Shown here: in pieces, positions 25,646-35,146 of the stretch
How positions within the stretch are numbered: position 1 is the stretch's first letter
Layout: every line of letters begins with the position of its first letter
IMG/VR virus record: IMGVR_UViG_3300029258_003221
Span: 124,001-188,000 of that record
Strand: one strand, 5' to 3'
Length of the DNA stretch: 64,000 nucleotides
The notes under the pieces: model-generated
What the model saw: the letters and a program-made list of their open reading frames with translations, nothing else
Databases searched by the model: none
What the model was told of the DNA's origin: nothing
Program-made: the position numbers and the translations under genes

Positions 25646-25912
25646 TTATCCTTCAGTGGTGTCCACAAAGATTGTATGGTCGTAATCCCCCGCAGGATCT
25701 CCGCTTTGTACAATCTCCTGATCCAGATCATCCACGACTACAGTGGGATCGCCCTCTGTTGTTGACAACGTAATCCACAATCGATCATCTACAGTCTTAG
25801 TGGTTCGGTCATAGACCGTTGTTGATTCACAGCGGGGTTCCCCACCTTTCCTCGTCACAATCCTGATCCTGTCGAGATCAGCGGCGAGAACTTCTCGTGC
25901 TGTTGCTGCCAT
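25646..25912 (-). CDS. hypothetical protein
   Basis: 88 aa. Confidence 0.65.
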   Translation of the reverse strand: MAATAREVLAADLDRIRIVTRKGGEPRCESTTVYDRTTKTVDDRLWITLSTTEGDPTVVVDDLDQEIVQSGDPAGDYDHTIFVDTTEG

Positions 25913-25921
25913 TAGGCGTCC

Positions 25922-26326
25922 TCAGTATTGATAGAGGCGTGGGTCCAACCACAGGAAAATCAACAGAGCCACCTGAAAAAACGCCACACACGATGTTATC
26001 AACATCGCACGCTTATATTTTCGTTTCATCACCAACAAAGAGTACATCACCACAAGTGTGCCGAACAACTTTGTTGATACGAATAAGTCAGGTGTCCCAT
26101 GTCCCGCTTCAAGCAGGACCAAACCTACTGGATTCCATTCATTGTCCATGATGCTTTCCTGATATTCAATTACCAGATAAGCGTCATAGAATGAGATCGA
26201 TACAATGGTCAGAAGTAACAGGGCAAATGCGTTCTGGTGTGCTATCCGTGCCACGGGTCTTTCCTTCGTTAATTGACCTTTCTTGTATTCGCCTGTTAGT
26301 GAAATGCTGATCGAACTCATGACCAA
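25922..26326 (-). CDS. membrane protein, DUF5658-like
   Basis: 3 TM; D....E.NPVG...K..GT pattern. Confidence 0.55.
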   Translation of the reverse strand: MVMSSISISLTGEYKKGQLTKERPVARIAHQNAFALLLLTIVSISFYDAYLVIEYQESIMDNEWNPVGLVLLEAGHGTPDLFVSTKLFGTLVVMYSLLVMKRKYKRAMLITSCVAFFQVALLIFLWLDPRLYQY

Positions 26327-26594
26327 TCCCTTGACATTAGATTTTCCTATGATGTGGGTTTTTTGCCCTATGAGACCATTTTCTTAGGGTTCGCAAGGGG
26401 TTTTCTGCCCAATGAGAACGAACATGAACACTGACTAGGCCAAACTTTTTCAGATTTCCAGCAGAGTTCCTGTGAAAATGGGTAAGGTTTTGCCCTTATT
26501 CACTCTTGCTTATGTCCTCATATTGGGTGTCCTTTTGTGACTTTGGCCCTGATTCGCTGTCTAAGGCTTCTATTTTCGATTGTAAGAGCCTCAA

Positions 26595-26954
26595 TTAGCA
26601 GAGAGGGGGTGTTGTTCTCAGATTCGCAGCGATGGCTTGTGTGAGATTTACGGAATTACAACCAAAAGTGCCTTCTGGGAGAGGTTTTGTCTGCGGGTTA
26701 TTTCCCTGCCAAAATGCCTCAAAGTTGATGTTTCCTGCTGCCTTAGTAACGGGTGTCGGATTGGAGACTTCGCAGATAAACATGATGGAGGGGTATTGTT
26801 CCATGAAGTGTTCTGCGTTGTCATAATCATCGAAGACGAACAGTTGTGATCGTTCGATAACAGGGTGTGTCCATTTGCCCGCTTTGTAGGTCACCATAAA
26901 GTCTGGCACGCCATGCAGCGAGGTTAATGCTGGGCTGACAACTTTGAAATACAT
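26595..26954 (-). CDS. hypothetical phage protein
   Basis: ATG directly follows GGGACACCC. Confidence 0.7.
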   Translation of the reverse strand: MYFKVVSPALTSLHGVPDFMVTYKAGKWTHPVIERSQLFVFDDYDNAEHFMEQYPSIMFICEVSNPTPVTKAAGNINFEAFWQGNNPQTKPLPEGTFGCNSVNLTQAIAANLRTTPPLC

Positions 26955-26965
26955 GGGTGTCCCTA

Positions 26966-27208
26966 TTAGGCGTTTGCCTGTGCCTGAATCATCTGTTGTT
27001 CGTATGTGTCGATTTGTTCCAGACTCAACCATTCCGGCTTCTCTTTGAGCCTGTTCCAAAGTTCTTTCATCTTGGCGATTTGATCTTTGATGTTTCCTGC
27101 CCAAAGATGTTTGATGTAAGGGCAGGTGTTCACAAAGTATTCACAATCCATCTGCAACCGAGACAGGAGCATGTAATCAAATTTGATTGCTTCGGCTTCT
27201 GCTGACAT
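26966..27208 (-). CDS. LPD11-like (large polyvalent protein-associated domain) protein
   Basis: YMLLSRLQMDCEYF...LWAG....QIAKMKELW..LKEKPEWLS.EQI..YE..M fits LPD11. Confidence 0.8.
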   Translation of the reverse strand: MSAEAEAIKFDYMLLSRLQMDCEYFVNTCPYIKHLWAGNIKDQIAKMKELWNRLKEKPEWLSLEQIDTYEQQMIQAQANA

Positions 27209-27237
27209 GGTATTTGGGTGTCTCCTATTAGTCGCTA

Positions 27238-27504
27238 TTAGTCTGATTTATTGTCCAGACTATTATTGAGCGTTCCCGGTTGATAGGCTTGTGTGCCTGT
27301 GGGCACGTGCTTATGAATGATGGATTGAGCCAGTTCAGGCTGACAATCGATATCCACCACATCATAATTTGAGTGTCCGAGTTGTTTTGTGAGTGTATCC
27401 CATCCATGTGGGAAGGGATGTTCGATTCCTTTGTAGACAGTTGGGTCGAGTGCTCCGACGATATCACCATCATGGATGGCGACCATGACTGCTGAGTATT
27501 TCAT
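27238..27504 (-). CDS. hypothetical protein
   Basis: 88 aa. Confidence 0.6.
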   Translation of the reverse strand: MKYSAVMVAIHDGDIVGALDPTVYKGIEHPFPHGWDTLTKQLGHSNYDVVDIDCQPELAQSIIHKHVPTGTQAYQPGTLNNSLDNKSD

Positions 27505-27511
27505 GGTTGTC

Positions 27512-27952
27512 TCAGAACCTTTCGTTGATGATTTCGACCAGTTCTGCCCCGTACTTTTGTTTGAGGGCTTTTTTGATGTTGAGGTTGTATGGTCTTGCGA
27601 CGGTGAGGCATTCGCCTTCGGGGGTTGATTTGAGGCGAAAAACGGTTTTTGTTTTGCACCATTTTTTGTACTGTTTTTCGGTTTCCTGTTTTTCTATCAG
27701 GGTGTCAATGAACAAGTCAATATCCATTGGCAGTCCTTCAGGGAAATGTTCTGAAGGAAGTGGCGGCTGAGATTCAGCGTGTTCAGTGATAGCTTTCTCA
27801 GCTTTATCATCTTTCCAATGATAATTGTTGCATCCACCAGTTCCGCTGTTTTCGACTGTTCCGACACGTTTACCATCGAGATAGATGGAAGCGGTGAAGG
27901 CGACTCCTCTTGATGTTTCGAGGAATTTGATGTTTTTGAGAACAATGTTCAT
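27512..27952 (-). CDS. conserved-type hypothetical protein
   Basis: 146 aa; F.ASIYLDGK.VG.VEN.G.GG pattern. Confidence 0.75.
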   Translation of the reverse strand: MNIVLKNIKFLETSRGVAFTASIYLDGKRVGTVENSGTGGCNNYHWKDDKAEKAITEHAESQPPLPSEHFPEGLPMDIDLFIDTLIEKQETEKQYKKWCKTKTVFRLKSTPEGECLTVARPYNLNIKKALKQKYGAELVEIINERF

Positions 27953-28206
27953 GGGAGACCTTTTTCGAGTAGTTCATCCAGTGGAATACTCAGATCGCTG
28001 TGATGAGTGTATTCGATGACTGGAAATGTTGGAATAGTGTTCCCTTCAGGTGTCCCATTCCACGCATAATCTTTGAACATGGCGAATGGTCTACCATCCT
28101 CAATCCACATGAGGTAGGCAAAGGGCAGGTCACAGAACGGGTTATTATAATCCACATTGACTTTGGGTTCACCAAAGAAATCGGATGCTTTCAGGTTTTC
28201 GCTCAT
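27949..28206 (-). CDS. hypothetical protein
   Basis: 85 aa, coupled. Confidence 0.65.
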   Translation of the reverse strand: MSENLKASDFFGEPKVNVDYNNPFCDLPFAYLMWIEDGRPFAMFKDYAWNGTPEGNTIPTFPVIEYTHHSDLSIPLDELLEKGLP

Positions 28207-28214
28207 TGATTATC

Positions 28215-28712
28215 CTAACTGCTGTAATCGACAAACTTTCCTGTTCGTTCGACGTGAGAATCTGATGCTTCGGTTTTACCCTGCACGTAGAGTTTACCTT
28301 TACATTTTTGTCCATCATCGGAAGCGGACAAACTGAGGTTAAACCGTGCGATTTTTCCATCGGGTCGTCTGACTTCGACGCAGACAACCTGTTGGAAGTG
28401 CGTATTTAGTTCATGGGTGTCCAGAGTGAGGAAGATTCTGGGGTGCCATGTGGTATCGGGTTTGACTGTTCTTTGTGTATCGATTTGGAGACGGTGAGCT
28501 TCAGCACAGAATTTGGCAACTTCCTCTGCCATTTTGTCTCTGTTTTCGTTCCTTTCGTTGCCATTGAAGTAGGGGGCTTCGGAACAAGTGAGGATACGAT
28601 CACCATCCCGATTGATACCATGACCGTCATAGTGGTATCGACCTTTGGGGAATGCTTTTGCGTTCTTTTGTTCTGTGGTGGTAGGGTACAGATCAAATGC
28701 AGTGTCAGACAT
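28215..28712 (-). CDS. hypothetical protein
   Basis: 165 aa, GGAGAG RBS. Confidence 0.7.
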   Translation of the reverse strand: MSDTAFDLYPTTTEQKNAKAFPKGRYHYDGHGINRDGDRILTCSEAPYFNGNERNENRDKMAEEVAKFCAEAHRLQIDTQRTVKPDTTWHPRIFLTLDTHELNTHFQQVVCVEVRRPDGKIARFNLSLSASDDGQKCKGKLYVQGKTEASDSHVERTGKFVDYSS

Positions 28713-28734
28713 GGTTCTCTCCGTTGGTTGAATA

Positions 28735-28823
28735 AGTCCGAAATCCCCCGTGGCAATCGACCGGGCACAGGGTATGAACCGGGCACAGGTTGATTGTCAT
28801 ACCCACGAGTTATGTTTCGGACT
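28735..28823 (-). ncRNA. candidate long-hairpin RNA
   Basis: nested stems AGTCCGAAA/TTTCGGACT, CGTGG/CCACG and GGCAATCGACC/GGTTGATTGTC; internal 12-bp direct repeat. Confidence 0.4.
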
Positions 28824-28843
28824 ATGTTTTGATGTTTCGTTGT

Positions 28844-29113
28844 TTACAGGGTGTCAACAGTGGCGATGGAGACAGACCAGCACTTTTCGTTGTAATAATC
28901 ACCCGGATTAGGTGAAAATTCGTTGTGAGTTTCAAATTCTTTTTTGATGGTTTCTTTTTCTTTGTCGCTGACTTCTTCTCCTCGAAAGTCGTTCAATTTA
29001 TTCACAGTCATTTTCACACCTTTTTCGATAGCTTCATCGTGGGTGTCTGCTTGTGCAACAGCCCCGATTTCAGGTCCGAAAGTGGAATTTTGTGAATAAA
29101 TGATCAGGAGCAT
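28844..29113 (-). CDS. hypothetical protein
   Basis: 89 aa. Confidence 0.65.
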   Translation of the reverse strand: MLLIIYSQNSTFGPEIGAVAQADTHDEAIEKGVKMTVNKLNDFRGEEVSDKEKETIKKEFETHNEFSPNPGDYYNEKCWSVSIATVDTL

Positions 29114-29643
29114 ACGTCAATTCCTTCGGGGACAAATTTTGCTTTGAGAGCATCGGAGACATTTCGACCGTAATACTGGGACTGAAAACCACGTCCGACA
29201 GCTTTTGAGGGTTCGAGATCTTCTCCGGTGATTTGTTTGTAAACGTCGGTGCAGAACTTAGCCCAATTAAAGTCAGTGTATTGTTTGGGCATGGTCAGGC
29301 CGACAGATTCCAGATCTTCAACTTCGATGAACATCTTTCCGTAGCTTGCCCATTCAAACTTCTTTGCGAGTCTGATGGCATTACGTGTCCGGGTGTCCAT
29401 TGTGACCAGCGGGTGGTCTTCTCCCAGCAGGGAGGATGGGTCAGAGTGAACTTTTTTCAGTTCATCGTACATTTCGAGTGGTGACAGGTGTTCGGTGTTG
29501 GTGATTTTCCAACTTCCAGCGTATTCCCCAATGTTTGTGCAATCTCCGTCGTTAATATCCTGAGCAATCTGAGCGATTGTTTCAGGGGTGTATGCTCCGT
29601 CAGAGAACACGGTGATTTCGATGGTTGTTTTCTGGAGTGTCAT
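29104..29643 (-). CDS. hypothetical protein
   Basis: about 180 aa. Confidence 0.7.
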   Translation of the reverse strand: MTLQKTTIEITVFSDGAYTPETIAQIAQDINDGDCTNIGEYAGSWKITNTEHLSPLEMYDELKKVHSDPSSLLGEDHPLVTMDTRTRNAIRLAKKFEWASYGKMFIEVEDLESVGLTMPKQYTDFNWAKFCTDVYKQITGEDLEPSKAVGRGFQSQYYGRNVSDALKAKFVPEGIDVCS

Positions 29644-29663
29644 ATTGTCACCAATTGTTTGCA

Positions 29664-29867
29664 TTATGCCCCGCCTGAACTGGGATATTCTTTGATTCTT
29701 TGGTCAATTGACCGTTGGAGATTTTCTTTTGTTGAAGCGTGTTGTGTCACGCCGAATCGTGTTCCTTCCCATCGACCTGTTTTGGGTCTGTAATCATTGT
29801 AGGTGAGTTTCCATCCTCTGTACTCACCCTGATCGAACAGAATTTCGATTGTTTCTTGATTGTTCAT
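29664..29867 (-). CDS. hypothetical protein
   Basis: ATG follows GGACACCCT. Confidence 0.6.
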   Translation of the reverse strand: MNNQETIEILFDQGEYRGWKLTYNDYRPKTGRWEGTRFGVTQHASTKENLQRSIDQRIKEYPSSGGA

Positions 29868-30017
29868 AGGGTGTCCAGTTCCTTTGGGATATTTGTGAAC
29901 ACATTTACGAGTTGAGCAACAACTGTGCTTCATAGTCTGATTGGAATTCTACAATCGGACGAGGGCGAACAATTGTCTTCTTTCTGATTTCGGTTCGCTC
30001 ATGTGTTGTTCTTTTGT

Positions 30018-30386
30018 TTAGGCAGGTGTCATCATGTTTTTGAGTTTGACGTTGAAGTATTCACTGAGCATTTCGAGATCAGCAATTGCGTCAACGATAT
30101 CACGTTGTTCAAGGTGTTTGAGAGCATCCTTTGCCCAGAACGAGATACCATCGGCATTGAGGATGGTTTCCCTTGAGATTGGTTTGCTAACGATATCGTT
30201 GTCAGATTCGGAGGACGGGTAGAGTCGTCCATTGACATCCCACGTGTCAGGGATTCCGTTTGGGTATTCTCCGCAGGCGACATGCTCAACAACTTTGTTG
30301 ACAGTGACGAGTTCACCGCAGCGGGTACGATAGATTCCGGGTTCATCAATGATGGTTGGTTTTCCGATGTGGTTGACGTGTCTCAT
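30018..30386 (-). CDS. hypothetical protein
   Basis: 122 aa, coupled. Confidence 0.7.
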   Translation of the reverse strand: MRHVNHIGKPTIIDEPGIYRTRCGELVTVNKVVEHVACGEYPNGIPDTWDVNGRLYPSSESDNDIVSKPISRETILNADGISFWAKDALKHLEQRDIVDAIADLEMLSEYFNVKLKNMMTPA

Positions 30387-30796
30387 GTTTTGCTAAAGTC
30401 CTTTTCACCAAAGTGAATTTTTGAGAGTTTGTTTCTGTTTTCTGGTTTGAACGACCAGTTTTTCAGTAGTGGGTGTTCGGGATCGTATTCAGCGATATCG
30501 TCAGCCAGCACAAGAGACTGAGCCTGTTCGATAGCGTGACAAAATCGACTGGTAGCGAAACAATCCAATCGTCGGAACGTGGTAATAGCGTAATCACCGA
30601 CTCCCCTGATTCTGTCTGTTTCATTTACCGGCAGGTGTCTCACATAGATTTTGAGTCCGGTTGTGATAGATCGGAGGACATTTGCCACTTTTTCAGCAGC
30701 TTTTGGAGAAGCAAACCGCCAATGAGTCTGTTCATCAAGATAATACTCATTTACAGTTGATTTATGCTTCTCATTTTCAAATACAGTTTGGTGCAT
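30383..30796 (-). CDS. hypothetical protein
   Basis: 137 aa. Confidence 0.65.
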   Translation of the reverse strand: MHQTVFENEKHKSTVNEYYLDEQTHWRFASPKAAEKVANVLRSITTGLKIYVRHLPVNETDRIRGVGDYAITTFRRLDCFATSRFCHAIEQAQSLVLADDIAEYDPEHPLLKNWSFKPENRNKLSKIHFGEKDFSKT

Positions 30797-30849
30797 GAGG
30801 ATTATCCCATATTAGAGTAACGATTCGTTACAGAGCCTCTGAGGGTGTC

Positions 30850-31284
30850 TCAGAAGTCGATGCCATCGTCATAGTATCCATTGTTTTCATAGATGGGATC
30901 TGTTTCGTCCATATCGAGATCATCAATGTTGAGGGTGTATTCACCATTTTTGCTTTCGATCCAGTCGAGAATCTTTTCATGAATGGCGAGGATTTGTTTT
31001 TCGTAGGCTTCACCCCGTCGTTGATCGCTTGCGTTGATTTCTTTGTTTAGACAAAGATCGGTGCGATTTTTGATTCTTTTGAGGAAAGCGGCAGCGGGAC
31101 CGGCAGTTTCGCAGCCATAGCCTTCCCACCAATAATCTCCATCGTTGTAGTAACGATAAACGAGACGATTGATCGCTCTTAGCACTTCCCCTTCGATAGT
31201 TTCACAGTTGCCCATGCAGGACACGAGAGTATCGAACAGTTTTTCATTTCGTGCTTCGTTTTTGTCGGAGACAAAGATGGTCAT
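30850..31284 (-). CDS. phage-type hypothetical protein
   Basis: 144 aa; GEVLRAINRLVYRYYNDGD; TGA-GACACCC. Confidence 0.75.
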   Translation of the reverse strand: MTIFVSDKNEARNEKLFDTLVSCMGNCETIEGEVLRAINRLVYRYYNDGDYWWEGYGCETAGPAAAFLKRIKNRTDLCLNKEINASDQRRGEAYEKQILAIHEKILDWIESKNGEYTLNIDDLDMDETDPIYENNGYYDDGIDF

Positions 31285-31293
31285 ATTCTTTCC

Positions 31294-31548
31294 TTAGAGT
31301 TCATCAATGGTAAGAGTGACGGTTGGACGATTGATACGTCCATAGAGGCTATCATTTCTGGCACATTTAACTTCGGCGGTTTCGGGGTCAACGTAGAAGG
31401 TAAATTCTTTGACGTATGTTCCCGCTTCGAGTCTGGTCATATCGTGGGTGTCAGGAATTGCTTTGAGGACGTTGGTGAGCAGTTTTCGTCCTTTTTCAAA
31501 GTCATCACCGATGATATCTGTGTCGATATTCAGGCTGATTGCGGACAT
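31294..31548 (-). CDS. hypothetical protein
   Basis: 84 aa. Confidence 0.65.
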   Translation of the reverse strand: MSAISLNIDTDIIGDDFEKGRKLLTNVLKAIPDTHDMTRLEAGTYVKEFTFYVDPETAEVKCARNDSLYGRINRPTVTLTIDEL

Positions 31549-31558
31549 GGTTTGTTCC

Positions 31559-31999
31559 TTATGTGTATTTTGCGGGTGTTCCCTTGCATCCTGTATCGTG
31601 GTAAGTCACACAACCGTAGAAGTCACCTTTTTTACGGTGAGCGAGGAGGGCACCACATTTACATTGAGTGACCTTTGCTTTTTCTTCTCTCAGAGCGTTT
31701 GTGAGATTATTTTTCCATCCTTTAACTCTGAGGCATCGACGTGTTTTGTTGAGTTTCTGTGGGTGTCCATTTTGTTTCACGAACAACTGGATGCGGATAG
31801 CATCTTTGCCAACTTCCCGACTATTGCCATCGGGGTTAATGCCTGAGTAGATGCGGCAGGAGACAGTATGTCCGTGAATTGTGGTAGTTTTGCCATAGAC
31901 AAGTTCAGTTGTTCCATCGATTGACATTGGGTGGAATCCCCATTGTTTAACGACGGTGTTTTCAAATTCAACTTTGGTGATATTGTGGTAACAACTCAT
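31559..31999 (-). CDS. protein with C-terminal topoisomerase-type C4 zinc ribbon
   Basis: CKCG...FYGC..Y...CKGT. Confidence 0.7.
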   Translation of the reverse strand: MSCYHNITKVEFENTVVKQWGFHPMSIDGTTELVYGKTTTIHGHTVSCRIYSGINPDGNSREVGKDAIRIQLFVKQNGHPQKLNKTRRCLRVKGWKNNLTNALREEKAKVTQCKCGALLAHRKKGDFYGCVTYHDTGCKGTPAKYT

Positions 32000-32218
32000 T
32001 TTGTTCTCCCGGTGAGTGATTGGATGTTTTGTTACCGGGTGTCAGCTTTTGCGAGTGACCGCTGGCAAGCTGCGAGAGCGTTTTCAAGTTGTTCGGCAGT
32101 TTTGGGAGCGAGCAAAACTGTTTCTCGTAATTTTGGGAGATCAGGATGATAACCCAATTCAGTTTCTTGGAATCTCGCCCCGCAATTTGGTTTGATTCTG
32201 ATTTCGTTGAGTAATTGT

Positions 32219-32458
32219 TTACCTCAGATGAAGTTTCTGTCCACCTTTGATGATCCAGTGACTTGCTACGTTGGAGTAGCAGGTAGCGTAGACACGATAA
32301 AGTCGGTTATCGAGTCGGACCATTGTATCGGTAGTGATTTTGCTTCCGTAACCATCTTCTGATTGTCCGGGAGCGAGATTCAGGATTCCGCCACGTCGTT
32401 TGACAGGTCGATTGATTCGTTCGGCACTGTCTGGGATATATTCAATCTTCGATTTCAT
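32219..32458 (-). CDS. hypothetical phage protein
   Basis: 79 aa. Confidence 0.7.
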   Translation of the reverse strand: MKSKIEYIPDSAERINRPVKRRGGILNLAPGQSEDGYGSKITTDTMVRLDNRLYRVYATCYSNVASHWIIKGGQKLHLR

Positions 32459-32810
32459 CGCAAAATTCCCTGAATTGATCGGTTAGTGTCCCGTCATCAT
32501 TGAAGACTTCGATTTCGTCATCGACAGTTTTCAGGAGCAGCGGGTAAGGCTCATTGCAGTTCATTGGGTGTCCAAAGCATAGAAATGAACCGTTATTGTA
32601 GAACCGCATGTTTGGAGATTCGATGCTGCCATCGGACGGATCTTGGATGATGTTAAATTGGTTGCCTACGTGCTCATATTTGAGATTAGCAGGAGTGGCT
32701 GTTCCATCTTTGTCACATCCATTGTGAATGAGTAGAACGAGTTGTCCAAGGCATTTGAGCAACTTTGATTCGTTGAACAGGTCTCTTGGCACAACACGTT
32801 GGTAGCTCAT
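32442..32810 (-). CDS. phage-type hypothetical protein
   Basis: 122 aa; MSYQRVVPRDLFNESKLLKCLGQL N-terminus; GGAGG RBS fused to motif. Confidence 0.8.
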   Translation of the reverse strand: MSYQRVVPRDLFNESKLLKCLGQLVLLIHNGCDKDGTATPANLKYEHVGNQFNIIQDPSDGSIESPNMRFYNNGSFLCFGHPMNCNEPYPLLLKTVDDEIEVFNDDGTLTDQFREFCDEIED

Positions 32811-33049
32811 TGGGTGTCCTCTTTTGTCGGCGGTGGTTGCCCGGTCCCGAACTTAACAAGTCTTAGTGTCCCGTCTTCATCAGGTTCATAGATGGTGGGT
32901 TTGCACCTAAAGTGATCTCTGGTGAACAGTTCAACTTTGGTTGGGTAGTCTTCATTGCCGTGCAGTACGGCAACTTTGTAACCATTGGTTGAGACGTTGT
33001 GAGTTTCCTGTAACCAATTCAGGTCTTCAGGTTCTGTTAGAATTGGCAT
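32807..33049 (-). CDS. hypothetical protein
   Basis: GAGGACACCC-ATG. Confidence 0.65.
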   Translation of the reverse strand: MPILTEPEDLNWLQETHNVSTNGYKVAVLHGNEDYPTKVELFTRDHFRCKPTIYEPDEDGTLRLVKFGTGQPPPTKEDTQ

Positions 33050-33224
33050 GGGTGTCCTCAATTACAGGGCAGTCAACATCATCAACATTTCACAAAGAAG
33101 AAAATCCACATTGAGTTGTGCGGCAACTTCTCCGGGTTCAACAGTCTTTTCTGACTTGAAAAGATGAAGATCGGTTTTGTCGTCGTATTTGTGGATTAAA
33201 CAAAAAAGAGTCACAGAAATCTCC

Positions 33225-33494
33225 TCAATCGTCGTAGTCCGGGTTCATATCACAACCAGCCTTTTCCAGACAGGCATTGATGGTTGCTTTACTGGGGTAT
33301 CTGCCTTTGTAGAGAATTCCCCAATAAAAAGTCTGTCCGTGTGGATTTTCTTTTTCAGGAGCAGACTTTACTTCGTTGGTCTTGAGTGAGGTGTCTCCTG
33401 TCATTCCTTTGAGCATATCCAGCACAACGGGAATTTCGTGGTAGTCTTCAACTTGAAACGCAGCGGGCAGATCAATTGTCACTTTGTTTTTCAT
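33225..33494 (-). CDS. hypothetical protein
   Basis: 89 aa. Confidence 0.65.
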   Translation of the reverse strand: MKNKVTIDLPAAFQVEDYHEIPVVLDMLKGMTGDTSLKTNEVKSAPEKENPHGQTFYWGILYKGRYPSKATINACLEKAGCDMNPDYDD

Positions 33495-33774
33495 TGTAGA
33501 GTTCCTTGCATTCCCTGATTACACGAAGTCTACCGGGATCATATTCCCGGCAATACTGCATGAAGTCTGTACAATAGAGTCTGAGGATCTTAGCACATTC
33601 TTCGTTGTTTTCAGCTTTCCTGTACGCTTCCATGAGTGACAGCGTACTTGTAAACGAATAGTCGCTTACAAATTCAATTGCCACATCAGCATGGGTGTAA
33701 CATTTTTCTTCCATGCCGTGACCAATACGATCCGCCATTTTCTTGGCGAGAATTTCTCGTGCTGTTGGTTTCAT
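33472..33774 (-). CDS. hypothetical protein
   Basis: start moved. Confidence 0.65.
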   Translation of the reverse strand: MKPTAREILAKKMADRIGHGMEEKCYTHADVAIEFVSDYSFTSTLSLMEAYRKAENNEECAKILRLYCTDFMQYCREYDPGRLRVIRECKELYNEKQSDN

Positions 33775-33924
33775 GTTGGGTGTCCTCAAACGATTGGTCG
33801 TTCTTCGGTGTATCCGATCATTTCTGTGTGAGTGATTTCCCCGTTATGTCCTTCGGGAGAAGGGAAATCATATTCACAATCGTCGATGATTTCATCGGGG
33901 GTGGTATCTTTGCCGTGTTCAATT

Positions 33925-34314
33925 TCAACTTCGATGACGACGAAAAGGGTTGTCTTGGGCATTGTATTCTTCTCCTAACAAAGTTTCGACTTGTTCTCTG
34001 TCGAAGCGAGATTCCATCAGTCGATTCCATGCCTCATGAGTGGCATCGATGTTTCGACCGAACCGCTTGTGAACAGATTGAATCATATCTCGGTGGTGAT
34101 CAACAGTGAATCGTTCACCGTTGGTAGTAGTCACGTAGTCAGGGCAACTGACTGCTGCATCAAGACGGTCGAGGATATTACCCTGATCGTCTACGATGAT
34201 ATACTCACAGTCAAACAGGAGAGCGGCGATTTGTCGTTCAGTTGTTGACAAATCGTCTTTATGGTGTCCAGAAAGACGTGCAGCAACTTTGGTGAGTGTT
34301 TCGTGAGCGGTCAT
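33925..34314 (-). CDS. hypothetical protein
   Basis: 129 aa. Confidence 0.65.
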   Translation of the reverse strand: MTAHETLTKVAARLSGHHKDDLSTTERQIAALLFDCEYIIVDDQGNILDRLDAAVSCPDYVTTTNGERFTVDHHRDMIQSVHKRFGRNIDATHEAWNRLMESRFDREQVETLLGEEYNAQDNPFRRHRS

Positions 34315-34322
34315 GGTTTCCC

Positions 34323-34814
34323 CTACTTATGCTTAACTGCTGCCATCCACGCCATTGCTTCATCTGCATTGACGTTTTGGTAGTGAATGTAGTTTTCCCA
34401 TTCCTCTTTGTCGGAATGGTAGAAGTACCGATAACAGTCGTAACTGGAATGAGATGTTTCTTTGAAAGTCAGAACAACATAAACATTGTTGTCATCACGC
34501 ATTTCAGCGATGACTTCAAAAGCATCTTCAATTGGTTTTCTGAATTCTTTGAGCTTGTCATCTTTTCGTTTTTTCGGCTGTTGTCTCAGAAACTCTGAAA
34601 CTGCTTCCTGTTCACCGGGTGTCAAAGACAGGCTGAGTGACCTTACCATTTCGAGTCTGTCCAGATTCAGTTCTTTCAGTCCATGCTGAATCCAGAGGTC
34701 TTCCCGACTATCGTAGATAGTGGCGTTTTCATAGCCCGGAGCCATAACAACATTGTTGTTTTTTGTGTCTTCAATGATTCGGAAGGGTCCGAGGTTTGTT
34801 TCGTTGAATGCCAT
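34323..34814 (-). CDS. hypothetical protein
   Basis: 163 aa. Confidence 0.7.
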   Translation of the reverse strand: MAFNETNLGPFRIIEDTKNNNVVMAPGYENATIYDSREDLWIQHGLKELNLDRLEMVRSLSLSLTPGEQEAVSEFLRQQPKKRKDDKLKEFRKPIEDAFEVIAEMRDDNNVYVVLTFKETSHSSYDCYRYFYHSDKEEWENYIHYQNVNADEAMAWMAAVKHK

Positions 34815-34823
34815 GAAGGTGTC

Positions 34824-35138
34824 CTAAAACAATGGAAGGTCAAACGACCTTTTAGCTTCACAACCGTTGCGTCCTCCGCTTGGATGTGAATACATGAAGT
34901 GGTATTCGACGGAGAGTTTTCTTTCCTCAAAGAGATACACTCTCACCCCAACAACAAGAGTTTCCATCATAAGCGCAATGACGCCGATGGTTGAAGTGCT
35001 GATGGGTTGTTCTGGCAGAATTGCTTCGTGATAGTTCCCTAGTTCTGACTTTCTGAGTTTCACCTTTATGGTGATATTCAGGTCATTGAAGATTGTCTGT
35101 TCTGCCTTTTCCTGTGCTTTGGCGAGCATGTCTTTCAT
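34824..35138 (-). CDS. hypothetical protein
   Basis: 104 aa. Confidence 0.7.
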   Translation of the reverse strand: MKDMLAKAQEKAEQTIFNDLNITIKVKLRKSELGNYHEAILPEQPISTSTIGVIALMMETLVVGVRVYLFEERKLSVEYHFMYSHPSGGRNGCEAKRSFDLPLF

Positions 35139-35146
35139 GGTTATTC

